Source: a virus
Lineage: Duplodnaviria; Caudoviricetes
Length of the DNA: 34,783 bases
Strand: one strand, 5' to 3'
Virus record (IMG/VR): IMGVR_UViG_3300031519_000100
Span: 1-34,783 of that record
Below, piece by piece: positions 26,665 through 33,205 of this stretch. The notes under the pieces are model-generated. The model made no database searches. It saw nothing but the letters and a program-made list of their open reading frames with translations, and was not told the origin of the DNA. Positions within the stretch are counted from its first letter, which is position 1; each line of letters begins with the position of its first letter. The translations under genes were made by a program, and so were the position numbers.

Positions 26665-27737
26665 AATACAAACCTATAAAATTAAAAGACGTTAAGGAGG
26701 AGTCTAATAAAAACCTATTTAACGTTATCTCTTTCTTTGCCGGAGGAGGAGGATCTTCTTTAGGATATAGAATGGCGGGAGGAAAAGTCTTAGCAATAAA
26801 CGAATTTGTAGAAAGCGCACAAGATACCTACCGGGCTAATTGGGAAGATACTAAAATATACCCTAGCGATATAAGAGAGATTAAAGGAGAGGATATACTA
26901 AGAGATCTTAACCTTAAAAGAGGAGAGCTAGATATATTAGACGGATCGCCCCCCTGCGCTTCTTTTTCTATGGCTGGCAATAGAGAGAAAGATTGGGGTA
27001 AAGAAAAAAAGTATAGTAACAAGACTCAAAAGACCGACGATCTATTTTACGAGTTCTCAAGATTAATAAAAGAAATTCAACCTAAAACTTTTATAGCGGA
27101 AAACGTTAAAGGTTTATTAATCGGTCAAGCCAAAGATTTATTTGGTAGCGATCAACTATCTATGTTCGGAGAGCATAAGGAGACGATATACCATACCTTA
27201 ACTAATATAGGTTATAGAGTTTCTTATAGAGTTTTAAACGCTAAAAACTTTGGAGTACCTCAATCAAGAGAAAGATTAATTATAGTAGGTGTAAGAGACG
27301 ATATACAAAAAAGATTTAAATTCCCTAAACCAACAAGCTATATATATAATCTAAAAGAATCTTTTAAGGACTTAGAGAATACAAAGGAAGAGCTAAAGGA
27401 ATCTAATATCGAAGCTTACGCAATATATCAAGAGTCTAAAAAGCTACAAGAAGGAGAACAAAGCGAAAAGTATTTTAGTCTAATAAAGTCCGATAGAAAT
27501 AAACCGGCGGGAACCCTAACTCAAACGGCGGGATGTATATCCGCTGCCTCTATTATACATTGGGAAGATAGAAAGTTTACCGTTAAGGAAGCTAAAAGAA
27601 TAATGAGTTTTCCCGACGATTATAAATTAGAAGGAAAGTATAGAGATAAGATAGAAAGACTAGGGAGAGCCGTTCCCCCTTTATTAATGAGAGCGGTAGC
27701 AAAGCAACTATATAATTTAATTTTAAAAGAACAATGA
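26652..27737 (+). CDS. C5-cytosine DNA methyltransferase homologue, predicted DNA carboxymethyltransferase
   Basis: Motif I FAGGGG, IV GSPPCASFS, VI ENVKG, VIII PQSRER; motif X reads GRAVPP instead of GNAVPP; start reassigned to the ATG at 26652. Confidence 0.88.
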   Translation: MYKVEYKPIKLKDVKEESNKNLFNVISFFAGGGGSSLGYRMAGGKVLAINEFVESAQDTYRANWEDTKIYPSDIREIKGEDILRDLNLKRGELDILDGSPPCASFSMAGNREKDWGKEKKYSNKTQKTDDLFYEFSRLIKEIQPKTFIAENVKGLLIGQAKDLFGSDQLSMFGEHKETIYHTLTNIGYRVSYRVLNAKNFGVPQSRERLIIVGVRDDIQKRFKFPKPTSYIYNLKESFKDLENTKEELKESNIEAYAIYQESKKLQEGEQSEKYFSLIKSDRNKPAGTLTQTAGCISAASIIHWEDRKFTVKEAKRIMSFPDDYKLEGKYRDKIERLGRAVPPLLMRAVAKQLYNLILKEQ

Positions 27738-28171
27738 AACAAATAAACATATTCGGAGAGATAGAAGAAAAAACTTGGTTTGAGGATAACTTAAAACAAA
27801 TCAAAATAGGACTAGAAGGCGAAAGCCAAATAAGAGCAATGTTAAGCAAAAAGAATATAAGGTTTATGCAAGCCGACTTAATATTTAACTATAACGATCA
27901 GTACTATTGCGGAGAGGTTAAAACACAAGAGAAGTATCTAGCTCCTCCTTTTGACGGTCACGGATTAGCAATGTGGCAAATAACCGCAAGATTAAACCTA
28001 TATAATAAAACGGGAATTATACCTTACTTATTCGTTAGATGCCTAACCGATAACGTTGTATATCATCAAGACCTTAGAGAGTTAATGAAAACCAATTATT
28101 TTCAAACTAAAGGATCTAGCCCAAGAGTAATATTTAATTTAAACGATTTTAAAAAAACTACTATTGAGTGA
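27734..28171 (+). CDS. PD-(D/E)xK restriction-fold nuclease-like protein
   Basis: GLEGE...ADL...GEVKT pattern; ATGA-coupled to the methyltransferase homologue. Confidence 0.6.
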   Translation: MKQINIFGEIEEKTWFEDNLKQIKIGLEGESQIRAMLSKKNIRFMQADLIFNYNDQYYCGEVKTQEKYLAPPFDGHGLAMWQITARLNLYNKTGIIPYLFVRCLTDNVVYHQDLRELMKTNYFQTKGSSPRVIFNLNDFKKTTIE

Positions 28172-28380
28172 ATAAAGAAAAAATGCGAGACCATTATCTT
28201 TTAGCTTTAGTCGATATATCAAACGGAAAAGATATAAGAGAGCTAGAAGAGGCAATCGATTTATACGAACTAAACGAAGAGTATGAGGCTTGCGCCGGAA
28301 TATTGAAAGCAATACACGAATCAGGATACTTAACAATAAAAGACTTAATAAAAATAATAGATGAACAACGAGACGATTAA
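28168..28380 (+). CDS. Hypothetical protein
   Basis: 70 aa, GTGA overlap; EEYEACAGILKA. Confidence 0.7.
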   Translation: MNKEKMRDHYLLALVDISNGKDIRELEEAIDLYELNEEYEACAGILKAIHESGYLTIKDLIKIIDEQRDD

Positions 28381-28846
28381 ACAACTAGTAGAAAACTATT
28401 TTAAAATAAAACTAAATAGTAAAACAAGAGTTAGACAATACGTAGAAGCGAGAGCAATATACTATAAACTATTAAGAGAGAATACTCGAATGAGTTTAGC
28501 CGCTATTGGTAAAACAATGGATAGAGACCACGCAACGGCTTTGCATTCAATAAGAAAGATAGAAGATTGGTTACAATTCGATAGACAATTAAAACAAGAC
28601 TACAATACCTTAAACGCTAGGGTACAACACGCTATAAGATTAAACCCGGATTTATTTAACGAGGTTAAATCGGTAGAAGAGTTTTACGAGGTTGAGTATA
28701 AGAAACTAGAGGATAAATATAACCAAGTATTAAGAAACAATACAAAAGAATATAGGGAGTTGGTTACTAAATACAACTTCTTAAAGTCGGTATTAAAGGT
28801 ACATCAACCTAAAAGAATAGAGAGCGGAGAGTTTGATCTAGTTTAA
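28361..28846 (+). CDS. DnaA domain IV-like HTH DNA-binding protein
   Basis: R...VEARAIYYKLLRE.T.MSL.AIG..M.RDHATALHS..KI resembles the DnaA C-terminal signature. Confidence 0.8.
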   Translation: MNNETIKQLVENYFKIKLNSKTRVRQYVEARAIYYKLLRENTRMSLAAIGKTMDRDHATALHSIRKIEDWLQFDRQLKQDYNTLNARVQHAIRLNPDLFNEVKSVEEFYEVEYKKLEDKYNQVLRNNTKEYRELVTKYNFLKSVLKVHQPKRIESGEFDLV

Positions 28847-28871
28847 CAAATTGATACAAAAGTTATTATAT
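28845..28871 (+). promoter_or_regulatory. Phage-specific late promoter motif, copy 5
   Basis: AACAAA-N12-TTATTATAT upstream of the terminase small subunit gene. Confidence 0.75.
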
Positions 28872-28896
28872 AATTGAATAAACAATCTATTTCAAT

Positions 28897-29139
28897 ATGG
28901 ATAAGAGAATAAATAACGGAGGAGCTAGAGAAGGAGCCGGAAGGAAACCTAAAGCCGAAGAGATAAAACTAGTAGAAAGATTAAGCCCTTTAGAGGACGA
29001 TGCGTTAACCGCTTTATCGGAAGGAGTTAAATCCGGGGATATCAAATGGGTAACTCTATACCTCAACTACTATTTAGGAAAACCTAAAGAAACTAGGGAT
29101 ATAACTATAAACGAGGACTTACCTCTTTTCGTAGATTAA
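28897..29139 (+). CDS. terS: Terminase small subunit (putative)
   Basis: GGAREGAGRKP N-terminus; abuts the large subunit gene. Confidence 0.7.
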   Translation: MDKRINNGGAREGAGRKPKAEEIKLVERLSPLEDDALTALSEGVKSGDIKWVTLYLNYYLGKPKETRDITINEDLPLFVD

Positions 29140-30309
29140 ATGCGGGTTAAAATAACCAAAGCATTAACCAAGTTAAGAGAATTAGATAAACGAATCAAAG
29201 TAGTAAGAGGTGGAACTTCCGCCGGTAAAACTATTTGTATTCTACTTATCCTAATCGACTATGCAATAAAAAACCAAGGTAAAGAGATAAGCGTAGTATC
29301 GGAGTCTATACCACATCTCCGTAGAGGAGCTTTAAAGGACTTCTTATCCGTTTTAAAAGGACTCAATAGGTATAAGGAAGATCAATTCAATAGGAGTACC
29401 TTAAAGTATACTTTTACGAATAATAGTTATATCGAGTTCTTTTCAACGGATCAACCGGATAAACTAAGAGGCGCACGAAGAACCGACCTCTATATCAATG
29501 AATGCAATAACGTACCGTTCGACGCATATACTCAGTTAGCCGTAAGAACCTCCGGAGATATCTGGCTTGACTATAATCCGTCGAGTTTGTTTTGGGTTGA
29601 TAAAGAAATAATAGGGCAACCGGATACGAACTATATAACCCTAACCTATAAAGACAACGAAGTACTTCCGCAATCAATAGTAGACGAAATAGAGAAAGCA
29701 AGAGAAAAAGGTAAGACCTCGACTTATTGGGCTAATTGGTGGAACGTCTACGGACTTGGAAAAATCGGTGCGCTCGAGGGAGTATGTATTCCGGATTGGA
29801 AAGAGATTGATAAAATACCAAACGAAGCTAGACTATTAGGATATGGCTTAGATTTTGGATACTCGGTAGATCCAAGTACGATCATTTCTCTTTACAAATG
29901 GAACGAAGCCTATATATACGATGAGGTACTATATAAGAAAGGAATGCTCAATAGAGATATTAGTAGATTCTTAACTCAACTAGATATAAAAGAAACTATT
30001 GTGGCGGATTCCGCAGAGCCAAAGAGTATCGCCGAACTTCAAGGGTACGGGCATTCTATATACGGAGTAAGCAAAGGAAGAGATTCCGTAGTACACGGTT
30101 TAAACCTAATGAATCAAAACGAGATCTACGTTACCTCAAGAAGTAAGAATCTAAAAAGAGAACTAGGAGGTTATATATGGGCTAAAGATAAAGAAGGAAA
30201 TACGTTACAAAAACCTACGGGGTTGCATCCGGACTGTATAGATGCGGCACGCTATATTTTAACCGATCAATTAGAGAACCCAAATAAAGGAGAATATTAT
30301 ATTTATTAA
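29140..30309 (+). CDS. terL: Terminase large subunit (PBSX/SPP1-like)
   Basis: RGGTSAGKT Walker A, LYINE Walker B, DYNP, GLDFGY..DP, DSAEP, DCIDAARY. Confidence 0.95.
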   Translation: MRVKITKALTKLRELDKRIKVVRGGTSAGKTICILLILIDYAIKNQGKEISVVSESIPHLRRGALKDFLSVLKGLNRYKEDQFNRSTLKYTFTNNSYIEFFSTDQPDKLRGARRTDLYINECNNVPFDAYTQLAVRTSGDIWLDYNPSSLFWVDKEIIGQPDTNYITLTYKDNEVLPQSIVDEIEKAREKGKTSTYWANWWNVYGLGKIGALEGVCIPDWKEIDKIPNEARLLGYGLDFGYSVDPSTIISLYKWNEAYIYDEVLYKKGMLNRDISRFLTQLDIKETIVADSAEPKSIAELQGYGHSIYGVSKGRDSVVHGLNLMNQNEIYVTSRSKNLKRELGGYIWAKDKEGNTLQKPTGLHPDCIDAARYILTDQLENPNKGEYYIY

Positions 30310-30326
30310 AAAAAGTTAATAAAATG

Positions 30327-30356
30327 TTTGTATGTTAAAAAAGTTTTGTATATTTA
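30327..30356 (+). promoter_or_regulatory. Bacteroidota-type host promoter
   Basis: TTTG-N18-TATATTTA; shares blocks with the promoters at 24783 and 12119. Confidence 0.75.
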
Positions 30357-30375
30357 CAAAGTAAAACAAAGACAA

Positions 30376-30579
30376 ATGAAAGTAAACAAAATACAAGAAG
30401 GAGTATACAAGATTAAAGACTCAAGAGGGACTTGGATAGCTACGGGTGGTTATGCTACTATGAATGGTAAGTGGACAGCTTTCGATGCTAGTACTCGTGA
30501 AGATTGTACAACTTTAAATAATTGGGCAGTACAATTTGACACTTTTAAACAATTAAAAGAATTTGCAAAAAACAATTAA
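30376..30579 (+). CDS. Hypothetical protein, moron-like (67 aa)
   Basis: Start reassigned to the ATG at 30376, downstream of the promoter. Confidence 0.75.
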   Translation: MKVNKIQEGVYKIKDSRGTWIATGGYATMNGKWTAFDASTREDCTTLNNWAVQFDTFKQLKEFAKNN

Positions 30580-30586
30580 TAAAAAG

Positions 30587-30617
30587 TTTGGTAGTTAATA
30601 AAAAGTTTATATCTTTG
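30587..30617 (+). promoter_or_regulatory. Bacteroidota-type host promoter
   Basis: TTTG-N19-TATCTTTG. Confidence 0.8.
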
Positions 30618-30632
30618 AGTATAATTAACAAA

Positions 30633-30701
30633 AATAGAGGTTACTAATCGTTAGATTTTCGTTGAGTAACTAAACAAGACAAAAGAGATTAAACCTCTAT
30701 T
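30633..30701 (+). other. Inverted-repeat-bounded structured leader element
   Basis: AATAGAGGTT (30633-42) and AACCTCTATT (30692-701) form a perfect 10-bp inverted repeat; inner GTTACT/AGTAAC stem. Confidence 0.55.
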
Positions 30702-30719
30702 ATATTAAAACAAAGACAA

Positions 30720-30974
30720 ATGGAAACTAAAATATTTTATACGGAAACAGGATACGATAGAACAAGCTACATCTTTTTTGAGATGAGAAAGGAAACAAAA
30801 TGTTTTTATTACTTAGAAGCTATTGGAAAACATAACAACGAATATGGCGTTAATCCAGATAGAACTAAGGTTACGGGAACAGGATTTAGAATCAAAAAAG
30901 AAAACAAAAGTTTCATACAATGGAACGGACAATCTTTAAAAGAAAATAGAAACTATACTTATACAGGAGCATAA
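30720..30974 (+). CDS. Hypothetical protein, moron-like
   Basis: 84 aa with its own promoter and terminator. Confidence 0.75.
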   Translation: METKIFYTETGYDRTSYIFFEMRKETKCFYYLEAIGKHNNEYGVNPDRTKVTGTGFRIKKENKSFIQWNGQSLKENRNYTYTGA

Positions 30975-30992
30975 GAGGGGAACCTCTTTTTT
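30973..30992 (+). terminator. Intrinsic terminator
   Basis: AAGAGG-GGAA-CCTCTT followed by TTTT. Confidence 0.65.
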
Positions 30993-31011
30993 ATTAACCA
31001 ATCAATTAACT

Positions 31012-31164
31012 ATGACAACAAAGAAAAACAATAGAGTAGAAACAAGGATATTAAAAGCTATCTTTAGTAGTAAGAATATAATATTAGGATCAACTTGGGT
31101 TTTAACGGCTTACGCTTCAATGTACGCTTGGATGTATTTAATAATGTTTATATTTGAATTATAA
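31012..31164 (+). CDS. Small single-TM protein (50 aa)
   Basis: MTTKKNNRVETRILKAIFSSKNIILGSTWVLTAYASMYAWMYLIMFIFEL. Confidence 0.55.
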   Translation: MTTKKNNRVETRILKAIFSSKNIILGSTWVLTAYASMYAWMYLIMFIFEL

Positions 31165-31165
31165 A

Positions 31166-31384
31166 ATGCGAGAGGCTTGTTGGTACGAGAATATATATAT
31201 AGTTCAAAAGCCTATTAGTCGAGGTACTAAAAAGGGAGGTTACGACGTAAAGATTAATATAGATTACAAGGGTAAGAATACAATCGAAGGTAACCAAACC
31301 TACCAACAAAACTCAATCGAGTTAGAAGATAAAATAGAAGAGGCGTATAGATACGCTTATAAAAGGTTTATATTAGGAGAATAG
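31166..31384 (+). CDS. Hypothetical protein (72 aa)
   Basis: ATG at 31166, 1 nt after the upstream stop. Confidence 0.65.
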   Translation: MREACWYENIYIVQKPISRGTKKGGYDVKINIDYKGKNTIEGNQTYQQNSIELEDKIEEAYRYAYKRFILGE

Positions 31385-31427
31385 TTTGGGCAGCTACAAA
31401 TGTCCGTTTCATTTTGTTAGTAGGATT

Positions 31428-31459
31428 AGGGGAGCTTACCTGACTAGGTTCCTCTTTTT
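31428..31459 (+). terminator. Intrinsic terminator before the tail operon
   Basis: AGGGGAGCTTA-loop-TAGGTTCCTCT followed by TTTT. Confidence 0.65.
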
Positions 31460-31466
31460 CTATTTA

Positions 31467-31493
31467 TACAAATAAGGTTTAATTTTATTATAT
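31467..31493 (+). promoter_or_regulatory. Phage-specific late promoter motif, copy 6
   Basis: TACAAA-N12-TTATTATAT; ATG at 31498. Confidence 0.75.
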
Positions 31494-31497
31494 ATAT

Positions 31498-32157
31498 ATG
31501 AAAGTACAGATAACCGTTCCGGATAGTTTAAAGGATATTAAGCTCGATCAATATCAAAGGTTTGAAAAGCTAAATACCGAAGAAAATAAAGACACTTCTT
31601 TTATACTTCAAAAAATGATTGAGATCTTTTGTAACCTTAATCTAAAGGACGTAGCTAATATTAAGTTTAGAAGTATTCAAGAAATAACAAAGCATCTTAA
31701 CGGGGTATTTGACGTTAAAACAAATCTTACCTCAACGTTTAAATTAGGTGGAAAAGAGTTTGGATTTATACCTTTGCTAGACGAAATAACTCTAGGAGAG
31801 TATATCGATCTCGATACCTATCTAGGAGACTGGCAAAAAATGAATAACGCTATGAACGTTCTTTATAGACCAATAACTTTTAAGAATAGTACTAGATACA
31901 ATATAGAAGACTATAAGGAAAGCGATAATACCGAACTCCTAAAAGATATGCCTTTAGATATCGCAATGGGTTCCCTTGTTTTTTTTTGGAATTTAAACAA
32001 CGAACTATTACAAACTACCCTGAAATATTTGAATCAAGAGGCGAAGAAAATGAATATGGATCAGCGGCTGGTTTTGGAAAAAAGTGGGGTTGGTATCAAT
32101 CAATCTATGGACTCGCTCAAAAAGATGTTACCAAGTTTGATGATATTACAAAACTAA
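31498..32157 (+). CDS. Putative tail assembly chaperone (zero-frame product)
   Basis: 219 aa; first gene of the tail operon; contains a T9 slippery run. Confidence 0.6.
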   Translation: MKVQITVPDSLKDIKLDQYQRFEKLNTEENKDTSFILQKMIEIFCNLNLKDVANIKFRSIQEITKHLNGVFDVKTNLTSTFKLGGKEFGFIPLLDEITLGEYIDLDTYLGDWQKMNNAMNVLYRPITFKNSTRYNIEDYKESDNTELLKDMPLDIAMGSLVFFWNLNNELLQTTLKYLNQEAKKMNMDQRLVLEKSGVGINQSMDSLKKMLPSLMILQN

Positions 32158-32237
32158 ACGCTAATAAATGCTTTATGTATCTAGCCTTTGAAAAGGAAAA
32201 GATAGAATTAGAAAAAAAACAAATAAGAAGTAAATGA
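31986..32237 (+). CDS. -1 frame extension of the tail assembly chaperone
   Basis: Begins exactly at GTT TTT TTT TGG (31978-31989); encodes YPEIF...KWGWYQSIY; stop overlaps the next ATG. Confidence 0.7.
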   Translation: MEFKQRTITNYPEIFESRGEENEYGSAAGFGKKWGWYQSIYGLAQKDVTKFDDITKLNANKCFMYLAFEKEKIELEKKQIRSK

Positions 32238-32692
32238 AAGGATTCTACAACTTAACGGATAAATTAAAAGATACTTTACTTGCAGAACCTTTTGTTAATA
32301 CGGTTACTTTCGGAAGTATAGACGAAGTAGACTTAAACAAACAGACGATCTTTCCTTTATCTCATATTACGGTAAACAATACAACCGTAAATAGTAAGAC
32401 CTTAACTTTTAACGTTAGTATCCTAGCAATGGATATAGTCGATATAAGTAAGGAAGCGACTACAGATATATTTGTAGGAAACGATAACGAACAGGACGTA
32501 TTAAATACTCAATTAGATTTATTAACTAGAATTATAAATATCCTTCAACGAGGTAATCTCTTTACCGAACTTTACCAAGTAGAAGGAGACGTAAGCTGCG
32601 AGCCTTTCGTAGATAGATTCGAAAACAAACTAGCCGGCTGGGTTGCAACCTTTGACGTAATAGTCCAAAACGATATGACGATATGCAATTAA
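32234..32692 (+). CDS. Tail terminator-like protein
   Basis: 152 aa, acidic; VNTVTFG, IFPLSHI, EPFVDRFEN.LAGW. Confidence 0.6.
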   Translation: MKGFYNLTDKLKDTLLAEPFVNTVTFGSIDEVDLNKQTIFPLSHITVNNTTVNSKTLTFNVSILAMDIVDISKEATTDIFVGNDNEQDVLNTQLDLLTRIINILQRGNLFTELYQVEGDVSCEPFVDRFENKLAGWVATFDVIVQNDMTICN

Positions 32693-33204
32693 AGGAAGTA
32701 AATAAAACTCTTAATCAATTCGGTAAGTACGTCGTTTCTCAATCAAGAGCAAACTTAACGCGAGGTAAAAAAAACAATACTAAAAACCTATGGGATAGTA
32801 TAAATTATACTTTAGATCAAACAAGCGCAGGACCACGTTTATATTTTGAAATGGACGATTACGGTATGTTTCAAGATCAAGGAGTAAAGGGTAAAAACCC
32901 TAGCCTAGTAAAGAACGGGAAACAAAAAGCCCCGAATAGTAAGTTTAGTTTTAAGAATAAAATGCCTCCGCTCAAACCTTTAATACAATGGGCTAAAAGT
33001 AAAAATATAAGACTAAGAGATAGTAAGGGAAAGTTTAAAAAAGGAAGTTACCAAACAATAGGATTTATATTACAAAAGAGAATATTTGCTCAAGGTATAA
33101 AACCTAGCTTATTTTTTACTAAGCCTTTTGCAAAAGAATTTAAAAACCTACCTCCGGAGTTAGGTAATAGTTTCGGAATAGATATAGAAAAAATATTAAG
33201 TTAA
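32683..33204 (+). CDS. Tail completion/neck-like virion protein
   Basis: 173 aa, basic; LWDSI.Y, M.DYG.F.D.G, MPP...L..W, GIKP..FF. Confidence 0.6.
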   Translation: MQLKEVNKTLNQFGKYVVSQSRANLTRGKKNNTKNLWDSINYTLDQTSAGPRLYFEMDDYGMFQDQGVKGKNPSLVKNGKQKAPNSKFSFKNKMPPLKPLIQWAKSKNIRLRDSKGKFKKGSYQTIGFILQKRIFAQGIKPSLFFTKPFAKEFKNLPPELGNSFGIDIEKILS

Positions 33205-33205
33205 T

